A model generated the notes under the pieces. It was given only the letters and a program-made list of their open reading frames with translations, ran no database searches and was not told the origin of the DNA. From Neoconidiobolus thromboides FSU 785 (lineage: Eukaryota; Fungi; Entomophthoromycota), in the NCBI GenBank assembly GCA_025603075.1, contig MU626377.1, forward strand, positions 1 to 64,000: a DNA stretch of 64,000 nucleotides, written 5' to 3'. Positions 1-12,768 of the stretch are shown here, in pieces. Each line of letters opens with the position of its first letter. Positions within the stretch are counted from its first letter, which is position 1. The position numbers and the translations under genes are program-made.

Positions 1-177
1 ATTGCTATACCAATTAGCTCCCTCCTTGGCTTTGGGCTACACTTTGGAGTTCAAGGAGTATGGGGTGGACTTGCTACAGCCCTTACATGTACTGGTATTT
101 CTGTTACTTATTTAGTATTAAAGGGAGATTGGGAACAGTTAATTAAAAGTACTAGGGACAGATTAAATTCAGCTTAA
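1..177 (+). CDS. MATE family transporter, 3' end (gene starts before the window)
   Basis: Frame 1 reads IAIPISSLLGFGLHFGVQGVWGGLATALTCTGISVTYLVLKGDWEQLIKSTRDRLNSA*, a paralogue of the C-terminus of the MATE at 1289-2808. Confidence 0.9.
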   Translation: MAIPISSLLGFGLHFGVQGVWGGLATALTCTGISVTYLVLKGDWEQLIKSTRDRLNSA

Positions 178-554
178 ACATACTATTTATGAATAATCGG
201 TTCACAAATTATTCAGTTTGAGATGTACCGAATCGATGACTTACAATTTATAATACAATTTAACAGTTAAATATCAGATTGTGTAAAAGTTTTTTATATT
301 AAAATTTAATGATTTTCTCCAAGGTTTTTTTTCGAAAATTCATAAAGGATAAACAAAAATGTATAATACTAATATTATAAAAAAATAATTTTCTAATAAA
401 CCCTTATTTTTATAGATAGTATAGCTCTTAAAAAAACGCTTTATTTGTATAGTAAAAAACCTAATATTTTAAACATCAAAAAAAATTCTTAAAATATAAA
501 AATCAAAATTAACATAATAAATATTATAAGCATATATATTTTGGTTGATTTACC

Positions 555-660
555 ATATGGGGATGTATTTTTATGTTTAAGAATTTACTAACAATTTTTC
601 CACTCAAATAGTGCTTAAAAATGGGAAAAGTAATGAAGCCAAAAAAAACACCCCCCATAT
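555..660 (+). mobile_element. ~100-bp MITE (family M), full copy
   Basis: ATAT-GGGGATGTATTTTT...AAAAAAAACACCCCCC-ATAT; terminal inverted repeats flanked by ATAT. Confidence 0.85.
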
Positions 661-941
661 TGTACAATCAAGTTATATAAAATTTAATTCATCTATAGGC
701 TTAAACTTGTTTAAAAAACTATTTTTACTCAAAACTTAAAGCTTGAAAACATTCTATTGTTATTACTATTATTACTAAATGTATGTTATGGAAAACTAAA
801 TTTTTATAGCACTATAATAGGTTCAATACTCAATGTAGCAAATTTTTATATAAAAGAATACAATTATATTAATTAATTTGAGTTTGAATAATATTTTAAA
901 ATTTCAATTTAAAAAGTGTACAAAATTTAGGTTGTTGGAAG

Positions 942-1046
942 ATGTGGTAATGTTTTTTTGGCTTCATTACTTTTTCCATCTTTTAAGCGCTATTTGAGTG
1001 AAAAATTGTTAGCAAAACTCTTAAATACAAAAATACATCCCCATAT
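942..1046 (-). mobile_element. MITE family M copy
   Basis: Reverse copy ending AATACATCCCCATAT; about 240 bp upstream of the MATE ATG. Confidence 0.85.
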
Positions 1047-1288
1047 ATTGATATAGATTAATAATCAAAAATGTTAAGGAAGAGTGATTATGATTCTCAA
1101 AGTACAGTTGGCTCGTTAAAAGGAACAAAAAGTCGGAAATTCAGCTTTGAAAGACTGAGTATAAGTCTGTCATCATACTTTAAAGAATTAAATTTTATAA
1201 AAACCCGAAATCAAGTGCTATGAGTATTTTTTTAAAAATATAAAAGTAGAGATATGAATCATTAAAAAATTCAAATTCTCATGAAAAA

Positions 1289-2808
1289 ATGGATAATAAA
1301 AAGAACAATGAAGAATTAAGTAGTAGCTCACCATCAACTGAAACTAGCCCTTTACTTTCCAAACCAATTGACGATAAAGAACAAGATATATCTTATCCGT
1401 TTAAAACTCAGGCGATTATTAATGAAATATTTTACATAATATCATGTGCAGTTCCAATCATTCTATCTACTTTTACCCAATTTGCTACTCCTACACTTAA
1501 TTTATATTCCATGGGTCAGTTTTCTGCTTTAGAGGTTAGTTCTGCTGCGCTTTCGAACTTATTTTATAATGCCACCGCTAACTCATTAAGTTTGGGGATG
1601 GCAACTGCATTAGATACATTATGTTCCCAGTCTTTCACAGGTTCAAGTGACAAACATCAAGTTGGTTTACATTTACAAAAAGGAATGATTATTCAGCAAT
1701 TAATGTTAGTACCAGTTTATATTATATGGTGGTATTCTGAGTCTATATTACTTCTCTTAAAGCAAGACGCTGAGATGGCTTTTCTCTGTGGTCAATACTT
1801 AAGAGTCATGATTTTAGCTACTCCACCATACATTGCATTTGAATTACTGAAGAAGTATTTACAAGCTCAAAAAATCATGCGTGCTCAAACCTGGGTTCTG
1901 TTGGCTTCATTACCAGTTACTTTCTTTTTGAACTATATGCTTATGTGGAATCCAAAAACCTCTATTGGATTTTTAGGCGCTCCTTATACTCTCCTTGGTT
2001 CTAACTGGACTTTATTTATATTTATGGTATTGTATATCAACTTTATTGAAGGTAAAGAATGCTGGGGAGGATGGAAAGAACAAAGTCTTAAAAACTGGGG
2101 AGTCTATATTAAACTAGGGCTCTCTGGAATCCTAATGGTATGTTCTGAATGGTGGGCAGTTAATATTATGTCATTCAGTGTCAGTTATTTAGGCAGAGAA
2201 GCATTGGCAGCACATGCTATTACTATCAATATTGATATCATATTCTACTCATTTGCTATAAGCCTATCAATCGTAGCCAGTAACAGAATCGGGAACTTGT
2301 TGGGTTCAGAGCATATCAATCGAGCAAAGTTGGCTACTTTGTGTTTGGTTGGATTGGGATTGGGGATTTCTATGATGAATGCTTGTATTCTCGTTTTATT
2401 TAAAAATCAATTTGCTTCTATCTTTACTCATGATGCCAATTTACAAAAGATCATTCTTACTTTAGTCCCTTTCCTTTGCTATTATCATGTAAAATATTTT
2501 CGTTTTTAATCATAACTATGACTAACTTTTTAAAGGTATTCGATAGTATCACTTGCATCAGCAACGGTATTCTAAGAGGACAAGGTAGACAAAAGATTGG
2601 TGCAGTAGTTAATTTAGTCAGTTGGTATATTATTGCTATACCAATTAGCTCCCTCCTTGGCTTTGGGCTACACTTTGGAGTTCAAGGAGTATGGGGTGGA
2701 CTTGCTACAGCCCTTACATGTACTGGAGTCTCACTCACCTATTTGATGTCGAAGTCGGATTGGAATCAGCTAATTGGGAATGCTAAAGCCAGATTAAATT
2801 CTGCCTAG
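1289..2808 (+). CDS. MATE family multidrug/toxin efflux transporter, 2 exons (intron 2489-2535)
   Basis: MATE motifs GMATALDTLCSQ, LKKYLQAQ, MVCSEWW, SNRIGNLLG, GILRGQGRQKIGA. The GT...ACTAAC...AG intron joins YH|VFD in frame. Confidence 0.93.
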
Positions 2809-3874
2809 CTACTTGAACGCATTTACACATTTTAATCTTATTTACTAAATGTTTAGAAACATAGAGTCCGGAGGTTTATGGGGCTCGGTTGAATGTTGTA
2901 ACTTTATAGAAGTTAATAAACGAGTAGAAAAATAAATGATATTATCTTTGGAATTATCATCTCTTGTTTTTTGTTTATTCGCTACATTTATCATTGACTC
3001 GTTAAAGTTGTTAGTAGAAATAGAATTATTACAGAAGTTGCTATTTTAAAACTGATATGAGATAATTTTATACTATACTATATAATAATCAGTGGTTATT
3101 CGAAAGCTTATCAAAACTATTTTACTAACAAAATATTATGTGATGATATTGCTATTTAGGAAATTTAGTTTTTTAATAAAAAGAATTTTTAGGTTTTATA
3201 CCATATAAGAATGGCCAAATCAGCAATAAAAAACAATTAATATATCAACTTTATAGTTTCTTTTTAGAAATACGTGGCTATGACAGTATTTATTTATAGT
3301 AAAAGAGATATTTTAAGAGAAACAGAGTTATAGTGTATTTTTAAGGATCGAAAGTATTCTCTAATTCTCTAATTTAAAAGCGACTAGGAATGACTCATTA
3401 GTTAGAAAGTGCTTCCACTCTGAACTGAATGAAGAAATAAGAACTAGACCACATTTATTTCCAAGTACCATTTTACAATAGTATATATGGATAGCCCGTA
3501 TTATGGATATTGCAAGAAATGGCAAATCGGAATTGGAGCAAGAAAAAAACAGATTTGAAATAAATAATAAATTGCTGCCTCACGTGATATTATCACCTTC
3601 AATATTATTACTTACAACAAAAGAGATTGTTAACCAGGCTTTCTGGATATAAGAGCAACTGGAGAAGGAATTTTATGATTTTAAATCTGAATTAATTTTA
3701 AATAGCTTATAAAATATTACAAAAAAACCATGTATATCTTTATACTTTAATTTTAACAGATATTTATATAATGCTAACTTATACACATTTGAATTGAAGT
3801 AAACCTATAACTATCATAATAAAACAAGCAATTATTAACACTTAAAAAAGACATTTAGATAAAACGCAATCAGG

Positions 3875-3981
3875 ATATGTGGATGTTTTTTTTGGCTTTA
3901 TTATTTTTTCCATCTTTTAAGCGCTATTTGGGTGGAAAAATTGTTAGTAAAATTCTCAAATACAAAAATACATCCCCATAT
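3875..3981 (-). mobile_element. MITE family M copy
   Basis: ATATGTGGATGTTTTT...ATACATCCCCATAT; abuts the 3' end of the lipase pseudogene. Confidence 0.85.
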
Positions 3982-4019
3982 TCTAAATTGCTAGTTTTAC
4001 ATAGAGTAGTTCTATCATG

Positions 4020-4865
4020 TTCTAAAAGCAATTCATTATGGTTGTGGGAATTTCCAAGGATTTAGGAAGGTATTCGTATCTTGATATCTCTACTGTTAAC
4101 AATCATGGATGCCTTTAATATTTATAAATTAAACCATTTAGCAAAAGCGTCATTTCCAATCCTTGGTTCACTATAAGGGAGCAACTCCATTTGATCTCAA
4201 TTTAAATTCAATAATTTTAAGTCCAATAGAACTTATAGAAACTCCGTCACCTAAAGTACGATCTGTAATAATAATTCTATAATCATCACATTGTTTTAAT
4301 GAAGCAGCAAACTCGTTTTTAAACCTGTGTAAAAATAATTTCATTCGATAATCTAATTCAGATTGGATATAAATGTTATTATCGCTATTTTCAACTGAGT
4401 ATGGTGTTAGCAAAATTTGAAAATCAGCAATTCGATTCCGTAAATTATAATTACCTCTAAAAGATATAATGATTTATTTTGTGGCATCGTCTAAAGCCAA
4501 AAATTCTCTACCTCCTAAAATAGGTTCATCAAGCATGTATTGAACTTGAATACCATCACCTGCTTTTTTACAATAAACACAATTCCAGCTTTCTAAAATA
4601 AGACTATTATAATAAGTGGTCCCAGAAAATTCGGATTTTTTTTTGCTTCATGTAGAGTACCAAATTTTAGATTAGATATAGTGAAGCTACATTGATCAAT
4701 TGAACTTCCTTATATATAGGTAATATTAATGAATTTTAAACCCTTAATAAAAATGGACCAAGTTAGGATCATTTCTAACATCAGGTAATTGAACATTGTC
4801 ACTGATTTGTACTGCAGTTCAATCACTCACTTTGAATCAATAATAGTGAAAGGGTTGATCAACAT
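4020..4865 (-). pseudogene. Class 3 (Lipase_3) secreted lipase pseudogene, copy 1
   Basis: Minus strand gives WNCVYC, K*IIISFRG, IADFQ, YRIIITDRTLGDGV (decayed GHSLGG nucleophile elbow) and, after a frameshift, EPRIGNDAFAKWFN; stops and frameshifts present. Confidence 0.75.
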
Positions 4866-5461
4866 TTGGCTGAAAACTATTTTCTGTTTTATGTTGAGTC
4901 GTTTGATCAATTTATATCAATCTAATACAACATCTTTTGTCCAGTATTTGACGTGTGAGTTTAAAGGCATAATTATGATTATTCAATTTTAGTTGATTAG
5001 TTTTAAACTAAGCAAAAAAAGCCCCGTTTTCATAATATTCGGCTTTGGTTATCAGCTTTTATAAGAAGTAACTCGAAAATGGATTTAATCTTGAGTATAA
5101 GTAAACTCAAGTTATATCTATTCATTATCAAACTTAGTATATAACCTAACCTTTTTCAATTCCTTAAAAGCTATAAGATTTTTATATTGAAAATTGATCT
5201 TTTTAATAAAATAAATGTATAGAGAGTGAAATTTTTATATTATGAATACTTATTCTAAAAAAATTCGCTATATTTATGACTATCGTATCAAGTACATAGC
5301 TAAAGTACCAATTCCAAGATTTAGACTCTAGTCTTCTATATTATAAACAAAATATGATAGCACTAAGTTATAAGATCAAAAATTAATGTCTCATAAATAA
5401 ATTTACTACCTCTGTCTGGGAAAGAGGGCCCGGTTTGAGAAGACCCTTTGGTTTTATTAAA

Positions 5462-5568
5462 ATATGGGGATGTATTTTTGTATTTAAGAATTTTACTAAC
5501 AAATTTTCCACTCAAATAGTGCTTAAAAAATGGAAAAAATAATGAAGCCAAAAAAAACATCCCCATAT
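5462..5568 (+). mobile_element. MITE family M copy
   Basis: Near-consensus copy ATATGGGGATGT...ACATCCCCATAT. Confidence 0.9.
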
Positions 5569-5769
5569 AGTAAAATATATACTTCTTTTTAAAAAAATTG
5601 CTTACGTTGAGGATTATACAACAATGCTAGTATGGAATTTCTAGTATCAATACTGGTGGAGTTGTAATTTTCTAAAGTTTAAACAACCTCAGAATTTTTC
5701 AAAATGCTTTGGCTATTTGACAAATATTAAGCAATTAGACATGACTTTTTACATTTTTGAAAAGGTTAG

Positions 5770-5874
5770 TATGGGAATATATTTTTATATTTAAGGACTT
5801 TACCATCAATTTTTCGATTCAAATAACGCTTAAAAGATGTAAAAAGTGATGAAGTCAAAAAAACATCCTCATAT
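5770..5874 (+). mobile_element. MITE family M copy (diverged)
   Basis: ATGGGAATATATTTTT...AAAACATCCTCATAT with the family's internal sequence. Confidence 0.75.
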
Positions 5875-6470
5875 AATGTTAATTATAAGTTTTTTAAGTT
5901 CTACTATAATTAATAAAATATTTTAAAGCTTACACAAAAGAATTATAGCAAAATTTAAGATTTTAATCAAACCTCTTATAAATATCTAATATTATTGTAA
6001 TAAGTCATGATAAAATCAATTAAGCATGATCGTTCGTATTATATTAATATAAAAATAATATTAGTAAAAAATCTTCATCAAAATTAGCCTTTATAGAAAA
6101 AATGTAAAATTTATATTATGTTTATGCTATTTTATTACACTTGTAATAATTCCAGAATATACAGTATAGTATTAGTAAAAAATAAATATTCTTATTTTAC
6201 GTTAAAATCAATATAGAAATGTTTGAATTGATTTTATTTTTTTGTTTTATTTTTCAAATATTTTATATTAAGAATTTTGCTTGAAGTTTTATAAAAATAA
6301 TTTTTTTACTAAAAGGCAAATTACTTAACAGTTTTAAATTATTTATTATAATATACGTTATATGTTAGTAGAATTTCTATTAGTTTCAATAAAAATTATT
6401 ATATTGGCAAGGAATTTACTAACATAACTTATGTATTAACATTAATTAGAGTTATAATATGCAAATAAGT

Positions 6471-6577
6471 ATATGGGGATGTATTGTTGTGTTTGAGAAT
6501 TTTACTAACAATTTTTTCCGCTTAAATAGCGCTTAAAAATGGAAAAAATAATGAAGTCAAAAAAAACACTCCCATAT
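6471..6577 (+). mobile_element. MITE family M copy
   Basis: ATATGGGGATGT...ACACTCCCATAT. Confidence 0.88.
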
Positions 6578-6840
6578 GTTTTTGTAAAGCTTTATTAAAA
6601 AATATTTATTATCAAATGCTTTATAACTGATATTTTAGATTTGCTATTAAATAAACAAATAAATAATTTCAATGCTGCAATTCCATTGTTGATATATTAT
6701 TAAGTTAACAAATAACTACCTAGGAGGAAGTAATTGGCTCTAAGACTATAATTATTTATTTTTATATAACACAAACAATATAATGATAGTTTTTTGATTA
6801 TTATTACTACTTGTTTTTTGATTATTTATCAACTTAGCTA

Positions 6841-7302
6841 TGTGAAATATCGCTTTGTTAGCTCTATGATTGATTATAAAATAACAATCACTCAAATTGT
6901 TGCGTTCTGGAGTTCAGAGACAATCAATCCTATAGTCCTATTTTGATTTGTTATGAGAATTTCTAACTTCGCTTCAAAGAATGCTATCCTCTCATTTTGA
7001 TATCCATACCTGTTAGGGTACAAAAAAGGTTTTAGAACATAATAATTCAAGACTTTTTAATTATACTGTTCTCTGATATTGTACCTTTAATAAAGTCACT
7101 AAGTCTTTCTGATATTATTTTATGTAGATTTCACATTAGTATTATCTATTCCATTTGTCTTACATAGTCCATAGCCTATTACGTGCTATTCTTCATAATT
7201 CAAGTCTATCTTGGTCACATAAACTAAGACATTTCGACTTACAGTATAGTCAACTAAGCAAGGACTGCTTTTGATTCCAGTCACTGAATACCAGATTTCA
7301 TA
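6841..7302 (+). mobile_element. ~462-bp solo-LTR-like repeat (family L), copy A
   Basis: Begins TGTGAAATATCGC and ends CCAGATTTCATA (ATTTCACA in other copies). Homologous in reverse to 50885-51350 and 57690-58153. AATAAA at 7088. Flanks GCTA/GCTG are a possible 4-bp TSD with one mismatch. Confidence 0.65.
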
Positions 7303-7460
7303 GCTGTTAGTAACTTCAGTAGTGTCAATATTTAATAAACTATTTGCTTGTTTAATAAATATTGAGTTTGATTTTTTAATTTTTTTTAATTTTCTATGAA
7401 CTTTATAAATTTAGTTAAAGTTATATTAAAATTTTTTAATTTGTTAAATACTGGATAATA

Positions 7461-7567
7461 ATATGGGGATGGATTTTTGTGTTTAAAAATTTTACTAACA
7501 ACTTTTCCTCTCAAATAGTGCTTAAAAGATGGAAAAAGTAATGAAGCTAAAAAAAACACCACCATAC
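7461..7567 (+). mobile_element. MITE family M copy
   Basis: ATATGGGGATGGATTTTT...ACACCACCATAC. Confidence 0.85.
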
Positions 7568-7707
7568 AGTTTATTGCTATATTTAATAAAATATAAACAT
7601 TTTTTAATACTTTGTTTTTTTTGTTTTTTTTTGTTTTTTGTTTTTTTGTTTTTTATGCTTTTTAAAAATTATGCTTGTTTTTCTATTATTTAGCTATTAG
7701 TCTTATT

Positions 7708-7988
7708 ATATGTGAATATATTTTTTGTCTAATTTTACTAATAATCTATCCACTCAAATAGTGCTCAAAAAATATCACCATATGGGAGTGTATTTTTGTA
7801 TTTAAGAATTTTACTAACAATTTTTCCACTCAAATAGCGCTTAAAAATGGAAAAAGTGATGAAACCAAAAAAAACATTCTCATATGGGGATTTTTTTTTT
7901 GGCTTCATCATTTTTTCCATCTTTCAAGCGCTATTTGAGTGGAAAAATTGTTAGTAAAATTCTTAAATACAAAAATACACTCCCGTAT
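7708..7988. mobile_element. Three abutting MITE M copies (7708-7783 internally deleted +, 7780-7885 +, 7882-7988 -)
   Basis: Junctions ATCACC-ATAT-GGGAGTG and ATTCTC-ATAT-GGGGATT each share a single ATAT. Confidence 0.85.
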
Positions 7989-8031
7989 GGTAAATTATAG
8001 TTTAATACTTCAAATAATCAAAATAAACTTC

Positions 8032-8135
8032 ATTTGGAGGTGTTTTTTTGGTTTCATCACTTTTTCCACTTTTTAAGTACTATTCAAGCAGAAAGATTAT
8101 TAGTAAAATCTTTAAATAAAAAAATACATCCATAT
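8032..8135 (-). mobile_element. MITE family M copy
   Basis: ATTTGGAGGTGTTTTT...AATACATCCATAT. Confidence 0.8.
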
Positions 8136-8410
8136 ATTAAAGTTCGTTTTAAAAAATGTCTCAAATTAATAAATAACGTCTACATTCTATGGAAATCGGT
8201 TATAACTAATCACACAATCTACAAAAACATTACTTTATTATATTATTTAAATAAAATAGTATCAACTTAATTCTTTTTTTATTAAAATTAGATCTATCAA
8301 TTAAAGAAAATTTAAAAGAAAATTAAATCTTAAATATCAATTATCCATTTTAATTAGCGTAATAAGCTTAGTTTTAATAAAAAAAACAACTTTCCCTTCT
8401 TTCCTCTTGT

Positions 8411-11400
8411 TTACTCCACATCTCCAACTTCTTCGCTTTCAAATATAGTATCCAATAGCTGAGTTGTATTTCCAGGTGTTTGTTCAAGTACTCTAGTAGT
8501 TGGACCTTCTACGGCACTCAATTTACTCTGTTCTCCTTCATCAACTTGTTCTTTTTCTCTAATAGGCCCAGCAGCTTCATCTAGTACTTTAATATAATTG
8601 AAATAAGGGAGCCAATCGGGTATGGATTCTTTTGGATTATAAATTTCCATTGAAGTTTTGGTTTGTTTCATTCTAAATAATTAAGAAAATTAATAAAAAC
8701 AGATTATTTATTTTAATTTCAAATTAAAAGTTTAAAGTTAATAAAATAATAAACTTACAATTCTCTAGCATGTAATGGTACTAAAATACTTTTAACTACT
8801 AAGGAAAGTAATCGATATGTTTTTAATACTTTTAATTTTAATTTTTCCAAATCCTCTTTTGTTTTATTTTCCCCCTCTACTCCTTCTACTTCCCCTTCTT
8901 TGTCCTTATTTTCACCTTTCATAACTTTGATAACTTCTCTTATAAAAACTTGATGTGTTTTGGCTACATTTTTTGATGTTAATGTAGTATGTTTACCAAT
9001 GTTTCTTAAAGTAGTTGCTATTAATTTTGTTAAACTTAAAGTTCCATGAAATTTATCTTCATCAACCATTGACTTTTTATAGGACTGAAAACAAAAAATA
9101 AAATATTATTAATTATATAAAATAAATTTACCTCATAAACTACATCTTCCATAAATTTTAATGTTGATTCAAATACCTTAATTTCTTTTGTACGTTTGAT
9201 TTTTTCCTTTAGATTTTGATAAAATATTAATTTAACACTTTCGTCAATAATGGGATCCATTAAACCAAAATTTTGAATTATATTAATCATTAGTTCAATT
9301 GGATAAACATTTAATAATGCTGTACGTAACATTGATATTATAATTTGTACATAACTTTCTCTTAATGAAGTTTGTTTTAATATAACTATCATTTAAAATA
9401 AATAAAGAATAAAGTTATTAATATTTATGTAGTTAATTAATTAATTATAATCTTACATGGATGTTCATTCTCTGCTAATCCTTCCTCATATTGTTTTAAC
9501 AAAGCTTCATCCCATTCTTTCGTTATATTACTAGTAAATAACTTACAATTTTCCTGTAATGTTAAACTGGAAGGTAATAAAGAAATACTCTGTTGAAATA
9601 TTGGAGTTTGAGTATCTAGCCAAGCAATGTCACAAATCATGACAAAACTCTATTAAAAAATAGATTAACTTTTGTTTCTTTTTTCAAAAATAAAATAAAA
9701 TAAAATAAAATAAAACTTACAAATCTTTTAACATGGAAATAATTTCGATTTTCTTGTTTAAATTGTTCATCAAATTGTAAAATATCTAATAAATGGCCTA
9801 ATAATTCTCTTCTCAGATTATTTAATTCTTTGTCTGAACCAGTTTCAGTTAATTGATTGTCAATGGTTGATTTACATAACCATAAATAAATTCGATATTT
9901 AATATCTAAACAAGCAATTGAATTCTAAATTTAATTAATTGTTGTTATTATTATACAACAATAAGTATAGCTTACTTTTAAATTAATATCAATTTGATTT
10001 TGATCTCCTAATTCAATTAATTGTATAAATATTTCTAATATTTCCGTTTTTTTATAATAAATTAAATTAATTCCCCAATCATTCAATATGAATAATACTC
10101 TTAATCGCTGTAATTCAGGTAATATATTTTCTGCATCATTCTAAACAAATAAAAAATAAAGAATTATTAATATCAAATCATATTACATCATATACTCTTC
10201 TCATTAATATATTCATATATTCAAACTTACTTTATATAATACTATTTTATCAGCTATATCATCAAATAATTTTTCAATAAATGATTGGAACTCTTGTGGT
10301 GGAATAGTATCAAAAGTAGCTAAACTTTTTAAACTCAATGTAATTTGATATAACACCAAAGTATCACTATGAGTTAAAAATAACTTATTAATTTGTAATA
10401 ATAAGTGTTCATAAGACTATAATAAATAAATAAAATAACATTGATATTAGTCAATATTAACTATCGTTATTACTAAAATAAACTCACTTTCATTTTTCCT
10501 GCATCTAAAAATAACTCCCCATTCAATGTGATTTCAATTAATTTTAATACTGAAATAATAGCTTCATCATTTGAAAAATACTTATTAATTAAAGCATCAA
10601 ATGGTCGAGCTTCTTGAAGTAAATAATCTTTTAAATTAATAAAAGGATGAATTTCAATTGACTAAAACAAACAAAATTAGTTAAATTGGCATTATTCTAT
10701 TGTTTTAAATTATTAATAATAACACAAGATATTTACCTTTTTTTCCAATTTTTCTTGGTTAATATCATTTAATTTACTTTCTTCCAATAATAATTTAAAT
10801 GCTACTTGCATAATTTTTAACAATAAAATATCTTCTTTTTCATTTAATTTAATTCCTCTTTTTCGATTTTGTTTATTTTGTTGTCCAGATAACTCAATTA
10901 AGGTTTTCCAGTCCTAATAAAAAAATAGAAAATTATTATTCATTATTATTTTTTATTATTATTGTTCTTACTTTAATAAATTCTAATTGATCCCAAAGAG
11001 CAGTAACAATAGTAGTAATCATATTGTTTTGAGTTACTTTAGAAGCCAGTGAAAAACCATCGATAATATCTAATAATCCATTTTCATTATGATTTAAAAA
11101 ATCTAATTTACTATCCAATAAGATTTGCAATAAACATTTAACTCCTAACTGATTAATTTCATTTTCCTTCAACTTTCCTTTATTAGTTTCTAATACATCT
11201 TTACTTATTTCAGGTATCATTTCCTCAATAATAACATATTTAATAAAAGGAGCAATTGATTTTTGTACTTTTTCTTCTTTTGAAAATAACACATTAATCA
11301 TTTTCTTTTTTTCATCTTCATCTAACAATCCATTTTGATGTAATTTATAAATCAATTTAATAGCTGAACATTTTACATTAAGTTCAATTTCTTTTAATCC

Positions 11401-12082
11401 CATTTCTAATATTCTTTCTTTATAATTACTAATAAATTGTTGAATAAATGTGGAAATCCCTTCTTTTTTTAAGATAATACTAATTCCTGCTAATGCTTCA
11501 TTACGTACATTAGATGCCTATAATTTTATTAAATGTTGAATTTGATATTATTTTACAATTATAATTATAATTATTAATAAAATTACTTTATCTGATAACA
11601 ACCAACCTAAATATTTTAAATGTTCATTATTTAAAAAATAAGTGGGATATTTTAATGTAAATGAAGCTAATTCACTAGCACACTCAGCCCTTATATTATT
11701 ATCAATATCTCTATATCGAGGCTCAAATACTCTATAAATAAAATCAAAATTAGAAATTTCAATTTATTTTATTCTATTAAATTATTCTATTTTAAATAAT
11801 AATAATCTTACTTATCAAAAAATAATTCTAATATAGCTTCAAATTGATTTAATTGTTCTTCTAGTTCACTTTGTTTTTCCATTTGTTTCTTTTTTTCTCC
11901 TAAATTTGATTTTTTCTTTTTCATTTGTTTAATAGCATTATTTTTATTATGCTCAATTTCAGAACATCCTTCACTTAGAAAACTCATAATATTTAATGCC
12001 AAACTAGTAGCTGTAATACGAAAAGGACGGTAATTACAGCTATTAAGTAAAGGGAATTAAATAAAAAATAAAATATTAATGC

Positions 12083-12162
<80 letters not shown>

Positions 12163-12736
12163 TACCTGGACATTCCGATTAACCAATTCATTAATAAAGA
12201 TAAAAAGGACATATCTGAGATAACATCATATAAGCCCAGTTTAAATAATTGTTTAAAAAATTCAATTAATCTTTTCTTTATATGTTTTTTTTCTTTTGAT
12301 TTACTACCATATGGAAATTCATTGTCTTCTTCTCCCTATTTAAATAAATAAATAATAAAATTAATATTGGTCATTATTATTTTATATTTATGAATAATTC
12401 AATTACAGTTACTTACCGCCTCAATCTTATCTTGTAGCTCTTCTAATACTGTATCAATTTTAAGTTCCCCTTGAATTGATTCTTTAGATACTACGATTGA
12501 ACTACCAGCACACTATAATAAAATACATATATAATTAATATAAATTATAAATGTTATTATTGCTAAGTCAGTATTTTACTTTTACAATAACACCCAATAC
12601 TTGATAAATAGCTTCAATTTGTTCTTTACTTGTATAAAGTTGAATCCAGTCTTTAACTAATTCTTGTACAGCGATATCTGTTTTAAAAATATTATCTAAT
12701 AAAAAATAAGTAAAATTAATTATAAATTAAATAATG

Positions 12737-12768
<32 letters not shown>

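Noticed and set aside
3877-4065. Short ORFs sharing KILKYKNTSPY-like text (also 5363-5566, 8034-8270, 20876-21118, 40352-40582)
   Set aside because: Chance translations of MITE copies, not a peptide family.
12079-12351. Poly-isoleucine ORF
   Set aside because: Antisense reading of the (ATT)24 intronic microsatellite of SCC3.
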